Source: Selaginella moellendorffii
Taxonomy: Eukaryota; Plantae; Lycopodiophyta
DNA: 64,000 nucleotides
NCBI RefSeq assembly: GCF_000143415.4
Contig: NW_003314269.1
Coordinates: 931,246 to 995,245, forward strand
Reading direction: 5' to 3'
Shown here one piece after another: positions 37,075 to 50,394 of the stretch. Position 1 is the first letter of the stretch. The number at the start of each line of letters is the position of its first letter. The translations under genes were made by a program, and so were the position numbers. Under the pieces are notes generated by a model. That model was not told the DNA's origin. It saw nothing but the letters and a program-made list of their open reading frames with translations, and searched no databases.

Positions 37075-38258
37075 GAGGAGAGCTAAGCTCTTTTTTGTTC
37101 TCCCTCCCTCTATGTAGCGTTAACTTCTTCTACATACCTTGTAAGAGAATTGAGATTATAATGTTTGCAACAATATTAACAGGAGTTCTTACAAATATCA
37201 AAGCTTATGTGTTTTAGTTTGTTTATAAAATAGAATATTCTGGCATATCACAGAAATATCCACTAAGGATCAACGAATATTTTTAGCCGTATGAAATGTG
37301 GAATCTTAAGAAGTCCCTTTCTAGTCTCTGCTTTTCACGCATATAGTGCTTTTCAGGACGTCCAAATCGTATCACCTGGTGCTTGTTAAGCTGTTTCAAA
37401 GAAAAAGAGATGCCAATTGCTGCATGCTGTGACGCGCCTTCGAGAGGACTTGCTATAAAAACTATGATTTGATCATGGTTTCTGGGTTTATGTGTGTTCT
37501 TTGATTTCGCACACACAGCAATGAGCCTGACATTCCACAAGCAATCATCAAGTTCCTAACAACGTTTCAGTAGATCCCAAGCTCAATAAGCGCGGTAAGG
37601 TCCTCAAGATGCTAGAAAGGAAAGATAAAGGGAGCAATTTACCAGGTGTGATAACCTTGTTATGGAATACCTCTACTCAACTATTTTTTCTAGAATGTTG
37701 GTCATGCTAGAGTTAAGATGCGGGCAAACATTGATGATGCTATGTATTTGCCAGTCTTTGGCATTCAATACACTTATGGCATATTTGATGCACATAAAAT
37801 TATTTATAAAATGTTGAAAGATGAAATGGCAACACACAAGCACTATAAAGTGATGGTGATAAGTAGGAATGACACTAAAGTGTATGTTCGAAACAACAAA
37901 ATTAACAATTTATATAAAGGTACTTCTATATTGATATTATGTAAGGCAAGAGTTTCAAAGATTTACTCATCATGAATGGGAAGTCCACTCTGATCCATTA
38001 AAGTGCATCTTTTTCCTCTTTCTTTGGATTGATGCTTTTCTTTTTTCAGTCACATATCCAGTCAAGAACTGATTGAGGAGATCAAACCCCCCAAGTGAGT
38101 GGTATGGCATAAAATTGGAAAACTAACACATAATAGAAAATAATTGGATAATGTAGGAATACTCATTACAAATCAGTATAGAAACGAGTAACAAGGATGC
38201 TGTTTTGATCTTCTTTTTTTCTTGTTGATCAAAAGAAACTTCGCGAAAAGCTTGCCAC

Positions 38259-39498
38259 TTATGTATAGTATAGGTATGGATGGGAAGAATTGGTATTGGC
38301 GTAGTAATTCACACTGGGATCGTAGTAATCGTCAGGATAAGAAAAATTGTTCTCGATAATTTCTGCCAGTAGAGAAGTAAGAAAAGCAAAGATCATGGAT
38401 TTGAGCAAAAAAAGGGTACCCGTCTCATCCCTGGGCCAAGATGGCACACGATAGTGTTTGAGGTGTTCTCGTGGACGCCATTTCGCGTCCAAGCAGCGGC
38501 ACTTAAATCCGTCCAGCAAAAGATCGGTCAAGATTGAACACCGGCATCGCCACGAAAATGGCAGCGGACGCAGGGCCTCGAGCAGCGAGATCTCCGACTG
38601 GAAGATGATCTCGAATGCCAACTGCAATGGAGATACTACAGGATCAAACAAAGAGAAAAGAGAAGAAGACACTGCATACCCCAGTAGGACCACTGTACGA
38701 GAGCCGCGGGTCATGGAGCTCTTCGTCGAGCTTGTTTCCAACGGCGACAGTGAGCGGCAGGGAGATCGCAAACGCCGTAAACACGGGCCGGATGATCCCA
38801 CGGCGTGGATGCGGGATGTTGTCGATGCGATCCACGGCGATGGGCGTGCCATGGTAGTACACGGTGGTCTCGATCCAGTGGTGGAACATGTCGAGGTGCC
38901 GGTTTGAATTGGTGATGTTCATATGGACCTCGCACAGAAAGTTCAACTTGTAAGCGAAATAGTTCCCCTTGCCTTCCACCTGTTGCTGCCGGATCACCTC
39001 TGGCTTGATGCGGTAGAGCCTCCCATAGCTCACGAGCACCGATTTAAATCTCACGATCGGGAGCTCCGGGCGCTCCCGGAGCTGGAATACCAGGAGGGCG
39101 ATGCAGAAGACGAGGCAGGAGGCGATGATGGATCCCCCGAGGATCGTCGCCGTGTAGAACAGCCTCGTGCGCGTCGGGGACGAGAAGGTATTGAATCGGC
39201 GGGACTCCATAAGGTTGAAGACGAGTAGCACTGGAAGATCGGGGCGGGTCCTGATCCCCAGCCCATAGTAAGGATCGTAATCTTCCTCGGACCACGGGCT
39301 TTCGCCGCCATTGCGAGCTTCTCCTGCTTCTTGCCCTTCCTCTTGGATGCTCCTGGAGGGGCGCTTGAGAATGGATCGGTGAACCTGGAACGAGGAGGAC
39401 GAGGGCAAATCTTGCCGCGGCGCCGGCGCCGGCGGCTGCTGCTCGATGTCGAATACGACTGCTCTCCTGGTGCCGAGCGTCGCGGCGGCATCGTCCAT
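38259..39498 (-). CDS. LEA_2/NDR1-HIN1-like single-pass membrane protein (3 exons)
   Basis: Hydrophobic helix ILGGSIIASCLVFCIALLVF followed by PELPIVRF and a LEA_2-like core HMNITNSNRHLDMFHHWIETTVYYHG. Spliced C-terminal exons stay in frame. Confidence 0.7.
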
Positions 39499-39734
39499 GG
39501 ATCCATCTCCAGCTCGGCGGTTCCATGGCGCCCTCTCGCGAGCTCCCCGAGCTCCCGGGAGACCTAACCCTCGCGGGATCTCATCCAACGGCCCAGTTTC
39601 AAATATGCCCCGCCGATCTCATTCAACGGCCAGATCTCCTTTTATCTATTTATTGTTGTAGTTGTAGTAGTTGTAATACATGTAAGGGTTAGCAAAGCCA
39701 TTGGGATTATTAAACATGATCAATTCAAAGGACC

Positions 39735-39870
39735 AAAGATCAAGGACTGAGCAAGTGAGAAATGGAAACAAAAGCATACCGGAGTCATCTCTGGGCCAAG
39801 ATGATTGTTTCAAGTCCTCCTATGAACACCACTTCCCAATTAAATAGAATTCAAATCTCTCAATTTGGAT
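39735..39870 (-). pseudogene. Degenerate relic of the 3' part of the adjacent LEA_2-like gene
   Basis: AAAGATCAAGGACTGAGCAA...TCATCTCTGGGCCAAGATG resembles AAAGATCATGGATTTGAGCAA...TCATCCCTGGGCCAAGATG at about 38388-38443. Confidence 0.5.
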
Positions 39871-40917
39871 TTTGATCTAGTGATGCCACCAAAGATGTAC
39901 ATAATTTATCACCTCATGGGTACAATTTGTCATTGGTTAGATTAGCAAGAACACTATGCATTGCCATTTGAATAAATTAAAATTCCATCACCATAGCAAG
40001 ATAAAACCTACTATTAGAGTCTGGCCAGCACTCAACACTCAATCTCTACACCCTGAATTCACTTGGTAAAGAAAGTAAAAAACTTACCATCCTAATGACC
40101 ATGTGGATCTGCCACAATGAGAAGCATGTAAGTTGCTCCTTTGATGCCAACAACTACATGCTAAACAATTCTTCAATGTGATGCCTAAAATAATCTTCCC
40201 AATGGAAAGATCACAAAGAATATTACCATCCAAGCTAAACTCAAGCCAAGGACCAATTGCCACAATTACTGCTGCAAGATCTCACTCTTTCACTTTTGCA
40301 TTCTCTAGAGCTTGTGCCACCACCTAAAAAACATAAAAGAACTCTCAAAACTTCTATTGAAAAGAGAATAGTTTACTTTGTCGATTGTTAGCTTGTGGTT
40401 TAGACATGTTGCTAGAGGCATCACACCACCATACTGTTGAAGCAACTCTGCCTTGAATCTAAAGAAACAAAAAAAAAACAGAATAAAAATGAAGAAGAGG
40501 GAAAAAAAAAATACCTACAATCTCAATGACTCTCCCAAAATCTTTCTATCACTAGTGACTTGATATGAAGTTTGAGAAAATGCAATCTCATCACAAGAAA
40601 ATCCACTTACAACAATGGCTTTAGTGTCATTGCAACTTGTCTCAATTCCAAGAATAGGCAATGAACTAACAACCACAACAAGAAAAGACGAGCACCATGC
40701 AAGAATTTGTGCATTTAGGACAAATGTGAGGCACCATTGCCAAGGATTGGCAAAAGCATGCACCATAGCTTGCAAAAGTTTAAATCAAGGGATGAATCAC
40801 AACCTGAAGGTGCTAATAGTTAGGCCCACTGTCATAGCAGACACTCTCCACTTAACTTTAGAACTTGCCTTTTTGATTTTAGTGAGTCTTTATTGCAAAA
40901 GGTGGAATATCAATGCT

Positions 40918-41132
40918 GGTTAACATTTTGCATATGACATGTGTTGCAACACCTTCTTCTCTTGCCCCACGCAATTAGCTGCCTCCTATTGGCTAGAAGT
41001 AAACATCAACACAATTATTCGCTAAGACATGGTTAAAGAAATAACCCTTTTATAGTTACCCCTCATTAAACTGCTGCCATAGTTGGATCTGGCAGCCTAG
41101 AAAGTTCGGCACTCCCTCCTTATTATTATAGA
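40918..41132 (-). mobile_element. Helitron-like 5' terminal segment, copy A
   Basis: About 215-bp diverged direct repeat of 44084-44289. The minus strand begins A|TCTATAATAATAA. Confidence 0.55.
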
Positions 41133-42899
41133 TGGTTAAGGATGGAGTGCCAAACTTTCTAGGCTGCCAGATACTACACCAGAGGGACCATATGCTTGGT
41201 CATATAAATGTCCTCTATGCAAATGTTTTGGGGGTGGCCATTATGTGGATAGAATTTGCCATGGATTTGCAAATTTTGGAAAAAAATTTATTCATTTGTT
41301 GCGAATGTGACTTCAGGTATCAAAAGTTACTTGTCAACAAGTCCTTACAAACACTCTTTCTTTATTGCCACGATGGCAGGAAGTCGGTATTGCTAAACCC
41401 TTTATCAATCCCTCTTGTTCAAGTGTTAGTAAATTGGACTTTGCATCTGTACTTGGCCAGATGAGCATAAGGACAGAATTTCTAAGTGTCTATTTAACCA
41501 AGCATACTTGGCCCAGCTTTTTAGTTTTCGTTTGCTCTGTCTTACACTAGCTTGACAAGAACTCTCACGTATTGAGACTAATCCCTTAATATCACTAGAT
41601 AATAGCTTACTGTATCTACCAAACACCCTTGCTATCATGCCTTTTGTGTTAGTTTCATTTCGGTCTTAAATGATATTTATGGAAAGTGTCTAGATTTGCT
41701 CATTTGGCATATTTACGGAATGTAGAGATTGTCCTAAACACAATTAAACACAATGGTGTTCATCTCGTGTCCAAATTCACAATCTAAGGATATTTCACAA
41801 TCTAGGGATATTGCATATTTAGTAAGTTTTGAGCTTGTCCCAAAGACTAACTCCTAATACTAAGGGAAGCTTGGGGTGAAAGCACAAAGTGTGTGTTCCT
41901 CAAAAGGGCAAGAGGGGTTCCAAATGTATAGGAGGGATAGTGGGTAGGTTGGGTATAATAGACCAACCTGAGGCATAATTTAGCTCCCATTTGCGTGCTT
42001 GTTTTTTGACTTGGGTCTAAGCCTAAACTCCACACCATGCTAGTTGGTGGGGTACCTATATCCTTGCATTAGGCCACTAGTATGCCAAAATACTTTGTTT
42101 AGCTCTGTTTTGCATATTAGTCCTGGCATTGGGATATTAATTGCTATAAGACTGATTTAAGTTGCTCCGTGCTCCTGTCTTTTTGCTCCTTGGGCTATAT
42201 GCTCAAGAGTTGTTCCATGCCCTAGTGCCATTACTCCTTAGCTCCATGCTTGGAAGTTTGGCACCATTCCTACGTTCAGTGGTCCAAGGCCTTGAAACTT
42301 GGGTTACACACCACTATCCTTTGGATACATGACATATGACACGTGGCATCTGTCACATAGCACAAAGAGGGTTTAGGTTCTGCTTCATGGTGTTATCCTG
42401 TGGTAAATCACCATAGGATAAAAGGTAAAAACCACATGCGCTACATCATTTTTGCAATGGTGACACCAACCAATATTTTGCATTTGTTTCTCGACCCTAA
42501 ACTTTTTGCAAATATGGTAGCCACAACAAATAGAGATTGTTCGAGGGTTTTCAGGGATCAAGTGGCCATACACCTATTGACAAAACATGCATTATGAACC
42601 GCTAAAAAACATCATGAAAGACATACCCTAAAGAAGTTCTTTCTATATATGAATGAGACAGAGTGCAATTGTTTCTATATATGGTCCTAAGGTGTATCAT
42701 TAAGAATTTTCAAGACAATAGTGGAGGGTGTAATCCTGAACACATTTTTATCCTTAGTTCCTTAGAGATTGTAGAAAATATGACTTGGCATGCCCCCAAC
42801 AAACCATGACAATTTGAGCTCATGATAGAGGTCCATATCACCCAGCACATGCACCTGCTTTTGAAGTTTAGGAAAAAAATTTAGTTAAATTATTACAAA

Positions 42900-43315
42900 T
42901 ACCTTATAGGTGTTCTCAATTTCATGATCATCAACAATAAACATGATGTTTGTAGTGTTAGGCATTTGGTCCACACCAATGATTGCCACAACAATTGTTG
43001 TAGAAGTATAAGTAGAAGCATCCTCCTGCAAGCTGACTCAATGGAACAATGTTTGATGGCCTGACAAAGTTAAGCATTGGAGGAGACTTCTCTAGCTATG
43101 TCCGAACATGTGTAGCCGTAAAAATATCTATCGAAAGACAAATGATATTTTGGATTCTTAACTCTAACCTTGTAGTGTTGAATACACAACCAATTAGATG
43201 GTTTGAAAAGGTGGCTGTATTTATCAGTAGCATTGGCTACTATTGAAGCTGTCACAAGGTGCATGCCATAGCTGTCAATGAAATTAATATTAAGGAACCT
43301 TGATGTCGATACCAT
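42900..43315 (-). pseudogene. RPA70-like OB-fold relic, probably Helitron-derived
   Basis: FLNINFIDSYGMHLVTASIVANATDKYSHLFKPSNWLCIQHYKVRVKNPKY resembles the RPA1 DBD-A/DUF223 pattern. It is interrupted and lies between Helitron-like termini. Confidence 0.45.
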
Positions 43316-43859
43316 ACTTGTTGAGTGGACTTCGTGTTGGAAATCATAATTGCCATATTAAGATAATACATACATAAAAAGCAACTTGCCACCTTAATGA
43401 AGCTATAGATCTACAATATGAACACATGCATATTGTATTTCCTCAAAGGAAGCAATCAGATTCCATATGCCAAATTCTAGAATGCTATATAATTTATGCT
43501 TAGCTAAAAAATCCAAAAAACATTCTAAAATTGAGTACCTCCTACAATCCCATGGGACACTTGGCTGGAAGTTTGTATCTAAATACTTGGATCTGGCCAT
43601 AGAGAAGGTTTAAGAAGCAAAAAAAGCCAGATGCCAGTACCTACTAAAATAACAAAGGGACTTTGAAAATTTAATGGCTGTTTGAAGTCTTCTTACAATT
43701 CCTCAAGCGATAAAGCATTGTATTAGAATAGACTAAATACTATATTAGAATATCAGATCTTGGAAAGGAAAGTGATTAAATATTGCTTTATCAAGATAAA
43801 CACAAACCTAGTTCATTACTTTCTTCACCCATGTTTAGATCACTTAGAACTTGTTGCTA

Positions 43860-44289
43860 CTAGGAAGAGACATTGTCTGGCAATGACTACTAATTGTAAT
43901 TTACATGGTCTTGAGACCTCAAATTAGAATTGCTAGCTACTACTACCATCAGAGAAAAAAATCCTAAATGAAACAATTGATTAACTTTGGGTTTATCACA
44001 GCTATTGGCCCAAAGCCCTACTTAATTTTTGCCACGTCATTGAGCACATGAAAATTCACTTGACAAATGACAACCATAGTTATGGTCAACACTTTGCATG
44101 CAACACATGTTGAAATGCCTTCTTCTCTCACCCCATGCAACTTGGCCACCTCCCATTGGCTAGGAGCAAACATTAGTGTGATTATTTGTTAAGACATAGT
44201 CAAGGAAATAACCCTTTTATAGTTACCCACCCCCCTTTGGTTGGATCCGGTAGCCTAAAAAGTTCAGCACTCCTCTTTATTATTATAGA
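43860..44289 (-). mobile_element. Non-autonomous Helitron (about 430 bp)
   Basis: Minus strand: 5' TC start after A (44290); 3' hairpin CATTGCC-A-GACAATG about 7 nt before a terminal CTAG followed by T; no target-site duplication seen. Confidence 0.65.
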
Positions 44290-45661
44290 TGATTCATATA
44301 TTTCAATTTAGCTATAATACTAAAGAGAATGATGAAAATAAGAAAATATAAAAAGGAACACAAACACAATGAGAAAAATCTTAAACCAAGCATAGGTTAA
44401 TTACAAAATTATAATCATTAACATCTACTAATTACAATTTAACGTTACTAATTTATATTTAGTTGTTAAACATTTAGGGCTTGGGTGCTGCATTTCTTCT
44501 GTCATTTCCATGAGCTAAATAACAACAGAGATCAAAAGAGGAAAAACTTATCTCCATAAATGTTCTCTTGCATGTGCTGAATCTCCTTCTTTTCAATCTA
44601 CGCTCACTCCATCCATCAACAGCACGGTATCAAGATTGACAAGCTGCTGCTGTCTGTAGGGAGATTCCACTCTAAGCGCCGAGTGCTACAATGCTGGAGG
44701 CTGCCAGGGAGGACAAAGTCCATGAAGTGCTCAAGAGCCACTGCATGACGAAGCTTTGGAGCCAGCGTGAAGTTGACTGATGTGAAGGCCAGTAGAGCTC
44801 GGAGAGGAATGCCGTCGATCTCTCCAAGTTTACTCTTCCTCCCATCTGGGTCTACCTTTTGTCGCTGGCTTGCCTGGACCACTGGCATCCATCTTTGCAT
44901 TTCCAGGATTTATTTAGCTGAGTATATACTAGTAAGAAAACAAAGAAATGACGAACAAATTAAGTGAAACTTTTATATATTTAGACCAATTTTTACGAAA
45001 CTAGCAGTATCCTGTAAAAATCGACTCCAGGTATATACAGTTTTTGTTCTTCTTGCATAAACAAAATCTAACAAGAGTAACTTTGAGGATATCATTGTCC
45101 AGTGAGAGAGAATACTAGAAGTTGAATTCCCCATGAGGGTTCTAATTCGAGTATGAATTTGTAGATGAAATACATAGATGATAGTGATCCCATGGAAAGG
45201 AAATATACTGTCCAAGGTTTTTTTGTTTCCATACTGCATGGGCCGGATGGAATCACAGCGGAGTTAAAAGAACCTCCATTCCTCTTTGTACGGGGATGGC
45301 TCTCATCCAACGGCCCAGATTCGAATGCCCCGTAACTTCGAAATGGGAATATATAGCAGATTATACAAGCTCGTGATTGGCAATGTCCCCTCACCAGTGG
45401 AAAGATCAAACAAGGCTCCATTAAAACTCTGGTGTTATGTACGTCAAGTATCTCTTTCTTTTCTTCCGACTTGTCTGGAGTGTGATCCCTTTTGTGCGAC
45501 CCAGCGCGCTGGATTGTCACATCGAGAAGCCCAATTTGCCTGGGTTTCTCCTTCTATGAGGTCCACTGCTCGCACGAATCAAAACAAACGCTGCAAAGGT
45601 ATCAAGGGTCCACATTGTGAGATTCTCTTCGCGATGGAGACTTTGGCTGCTCACCTCAAGA

Positions 45662-46972
45662 TTATTGATCGATCTTACGCTGCGAGACCCGCTCGATTAA
45701 GCGCGACGCTGCCGGGTCCTCCCCCGAGTGCCACAGGAAGTGAGCGTAGCAGCCGGCGTAGAATGGATTCGATGGCTCCGCCGCCATCGCTGCCCTGTAC
45801 GCCTCCTCGGCTGCTCGCCGGTCCCGATGAACCAGCCACAAGAATTTGCCGTAGCGGCAGATGATCTCGGCGTCCTCGGGATCGGCTCGAAGTGCCAAGT
45901 GGAAAACGCTATGAGCCCTGCAAAGAAAGCTTGAGATCACCGAAGGAAAACGAAGAAAAATAGATTATTTTTACCTTTCATAGTCACGACGAACCAGGAA
46001 GAGGAACTCGGCATAGTTCGCGAGGATCAGCGGGTTGTTCTGATCGGTGGCGAGCGCCTCCTGGTAGAGTAGCTCCGTCCGGTCGAAGCACTCGTAGTTA
46101 TCAGCTTCCAGGTGCACGGAGATTGGAGCTACCAGCGCTGCCGCGGGAGCAATCTCCACGGCGTGTGGAGACTTGCCATGGTTGCCAACTTTGTGCTCCT
46201 CCGCGGCTTGCTCGAGCATGGAGACCATGAAGAGCTCCTCGTCGCCGGACGATGGAGAAACTTCGTGCGCGAAAGCCCCGGATATAAAAACATCCTGAGA
46301 GCTCGACGTATCCATCGTGGTCTTCTTGCTCTTGGAGGATGATAAGCCGTTGGAGCAAACTTCCACTTGCTGCTGCTCCATGCTGAAAGTCCCCGCCGCC
46401 GAGAGAGCCACGAAATTCGCGAGGATGATCATCAGCGAGAGCATCAACCTGGGAGTCTTGGCGAAGACGTGCTGGAAGAGCCAGAGGAATGAACAGTGCA
46501 TGTCGGTCTGGACGGAGGCCAGGAGCGCCGGGAACTCGGCCCCGTGGGACGACGATCGAGCCAGCAACGCGTGCCTTTGTACGCTCGTCAGCATCACCAC
46601 CATGGAAGAAAATGCCCCGGCGATGGAGCAAGGAGTGGCAGCGCCTGTGCCTGTGATGGTCTCTCCACTCAGAGATTCCCCCAGAGAGGACGAATTCGCA
46701 GGGATATACGACGTACTGCACTCGCTCACACGGACGTCGTCGCGATTCTCACACCGCGTCTGGCAGGCCCGTCGTGTTCTTCGCGTCCTTCCCATTCTTC
46801 TCAAGCCCTGATTCCTGCCGCCGCCTAAAGCCTTCCAAGAACAAGATCGCTGCCCCCAGCACGAAAATCTCTCGCACGAATCCGCCCGGCACGGCCGCTG
46901 CGCCGCTGCGATCTCCCACGGATTCACCAGCACGCTCGACACGAACAGGGGCCTGAAACTCACAGCTTCCAT
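45662..46972 (-). CDS. Plant TPR-domain protein (2 exons)
   Basis: DMHCSFLWLFQHVFAKTPRLMLSLMIILANF, DNYECFDRTELLYQEAL, NPLILANYAEFL, RYGKFLW and YAHFLWHSG; intron at about 45918-45973. Confidence 0.9.
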
Positions 46973-47191
46973 CCCCGATCGATTCCTCCCGCTTCTCTTC
47001 TCAATACCTGGCCAGCAGCAGCGCCGCGATCATCTGGCGAGCGGATCCATCCAGCCGTGCCGGATTTCTGGCGCTCCACATCGCCGCCCCGGTGCTTCGC
47101 TCAAGAGGCGCCCAAAAACTTCACGTGAACACGGGCGAAAAGAGTGGCCCTGGCGAGACTCGAGCCCACGACCGGGGGCCCATTTTCCATG

Positions 47192-48348
47192 CTATGACAT
47201 GGTGCTCGTCCATTTCAGGGACTTTCCCAATGGGTCCACGTTGGAGACAACATCTGGGGGGAAGCTCGAGACGATTGCTCTTATGTCACTCGTTAAATCT
47301 CTTAGCCTGTGGACGCAAAGGGAAAATAATTCACAGTTTTGATCATCGAAAGAGAAAAAGTTCCACTCACCATGTTTTGTAGAAATCGGTGAGGTGAGAT
47401 CCTCCGTTGGAATTGCTCTCCACCAAGTTCTTGAGGCCATTGAAGCGCTCCTCGATGGGTTTCTTGAGAGGCCGGACCTCGCCTTTGACGTGGCTGATGC
47501 ATTGCTGCAAGAAATATGAAAATGGATCAAAGATCTTAGTTTTTCTTCCTTGCGTTTCGCGCACTTACGTATAAAAGAGCGACTTGGTGTGCCATGTACT
47601 TGTGATTTTGAGGATGATCGATGTCCTCGTGGAGCTGGCTGCTCATAGTTAGCAGCTCGTTCAAGAGCGCTACGTAAGATAGATAGTTCTTGCTACCTGG
47701 CGTAACCATATTAGAATTCCATCAGATTCGATCCAGCATTTACCTGATGACTCGTTGTTAACCTTGAAGTTCTTTCTCACCCCGCAGGTTTTGATCGTAT
47801 CCAGATACTTTCTCAGATTTGGGAAGCAACCGAGAATGCCTGATTCACGCAAAATGGACTACTGAAAATAACACCCGTGAAACTCAGGAAACTAGCGGAG
47901 CGGTGACAAAAACTTACCATGTAAGGCCTTGATGAGTCTATTTCTTGACTAAGTTCCAGAATCTCTGGAAGAACTTTGCGCTCGAAATCATACGCTGCGT
48001 TGTTTTTCTTCAAGAAATACAGGAAGTTTAGCGAGAAAAGACTACTGATCTTACTTGATCCATTTGTAGAAGAACATCCGCGAAAGCACAAGACGCCGCA
48101 AGCTTCTTCATATCAATCTTTTGCAAGAGCGGCTCATCCAGGTAGATCTTTACTGCACCGCGAGAACAAAATGGATGTAATCCAGGAAGAAATGCCTTAC
48201 TCTTGGAAGAAACGCGAAGGGAAGAGAGCTCGAGCACTCGAAGCGGAGGAGATCGAGCAAAGACACAGCCATAATCCTCGCGATCCAGCATTTTCCAAGC
48301 CCGCTACAAACAGATCAAGCGCACGCGGCCTATACCCGCGACGGGCAT
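47192..48348 (-). CDS. Uncharacterised multi-exon protein
   Basis: About 7 exons with GT-AG boundaries. The 3' exons read in frame: SILRESGILGCFPNLRKY, LNELLTMSSQLHEDIDHPQNHKYMAHQVALLY-QCI, KPIEERFNGLK, W-LRDLTSDI...TMS*. Divergent from RPL10. Confidence 0.7.
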
Positions 48349-48531
48349 AGCGGCGAAGCGCCTTCAACCGTAAGAACCCTAGAAATCCGAAACTTCGAAC
48401 TGGGCGGTCCGGATCCTTCCGCGAATTACCGAGAATCGCTGCCGTCCGATAGGCAACACCGTCAATCCAACGGCTGCTAAGCCATATATAACATCGTATA
48501 GGGGTTAGGGTTCTCATTCGACGCAGCCGCC

Positions 48532-49433
<902 letters not shown>

Positions 49434-49560
49434 GAAGTGACTAATATAAAAAAAAATATAATCTTACGCTTTTTGTCACATTAAAGATTTGTTAATCGGA
49501 GTTTTAAGTAAAGCAATATAAGTTAGATGTTAAACAAGCTTATCGTGCAAGTGTGAACTA

Positions 49561-49700
49561 ACTAGGGTTTGTGAAACCCTAACTTTGCCCTAGGGTTTGT
49601 AAAACAGAGCGCGGAGACTGTTTATAAAGTTTTTGGGCGGCTGTTTTTTGGGGCGAGGGTTTGCAAGAGGAAAGCGCGAGGGTTTGCAAGAGGGAAAGCG
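49561..49700 (+). promoter_or_regulatory. H2A.X promoter/5'UTR: inverted telo-boxes, TATA and a ~23-bp tandem duplication
   Basis: TAGGGTTT..AAACCCTA..TAGGGTTT, TTTATAAA, and GCGAGGGTTTGCAAGAGGAAAGC twice just before the ATG. Confidence 0.6.
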
Positions 49701-50219
49701 ATGAGCAGCCAAGGTCAGGGCGGTAGCGGCGGGCGCGGCAAGGCCAAATCCACCAAGGCTGTGTCAAGATCGCACAAGGCCGGGCTCCAGTTCCCGGTGG
49801 GAAGGATCGCTCGATTCCTCAAGGCGGGCAAGTATGCCGAGCGTGTTGGTGCCGGAGCTCCGGTCTACATGGCCGCCGTGCTCGAGTATCTAGCCGCGGA
49901 GGTATGTGTGATCTTCGCGCTCTTGGGTTTAGGGTTCTTGGGCTTTTCTTTTGGCAGATTGAAGAGTAACGATTTTGTGTGATGATCATCTACCCAGGTC
50001 CTGGAGCTGGCCGGGAATGCTGCCCGCGACAATAAGAAGAACAGGATCATCCCCAGACACATACAGCTCGCTGTGAGGAACGACGAGGAGCTGAGCAAGC
50101 TCTTGGGCAGCGTCGTCATTGCCAGCGGCGGAGTCATCCCCAACATCAATCAATCGCTTCTCCCCAAGAAGAGCGCCAAGTCCAAGGGAGAAATCGGGAG
50201 CATGTCCCAGGAATTCTAG
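49701..50219 (+). CDS. H2AX: Histone H2A variant H2A.X (one intron)
   Basis: [44 protein letters not shown] and C-terminal SQEF*. Confidence 0.97.
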
Positions 50220-50345
50220 GGTTCTAGCGATCCCCCCTTCGTCTTTGCTGCGCCGGTGCTTGAGTTTTAGGAGCATATAATCAAATGAAGAGTTTAATTA
50301 CTGCTAAGCGCTCCGCGTGGCGGAATAGAGAGAATCTAGCAGAAG

Positions 50346-50369
50346 CTCTCTCTCTCTCTCTCTCTCTCT
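50346..50369. repeat. (CT)n microsatellite in a 5' region
   Basis: Directly visible. Confidence 0.9.
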
Positions 50370-50394
50370 TTCCGCCTTTACCTTAGGGTTGGCT

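Noticed and set aside
37718-37975. IIYKMLKDEMATHKHYKVMVI, faintly like a DEAD-box helicase segment
   Set aside because: Too short and no helicase motifs follow; cannot be supported without a search.
40918-44291. The two ~215-bp direct repeats read as LTRs of a retroelement
   Set aside because: No TG...CA ends, PBS, PPT or gag/pol remnants; the termini fit Helitron rules better.
44616-44967. Coding-like patch in the AT-rich block
   Set aside because: No family recognised and frames are short or interrupted.
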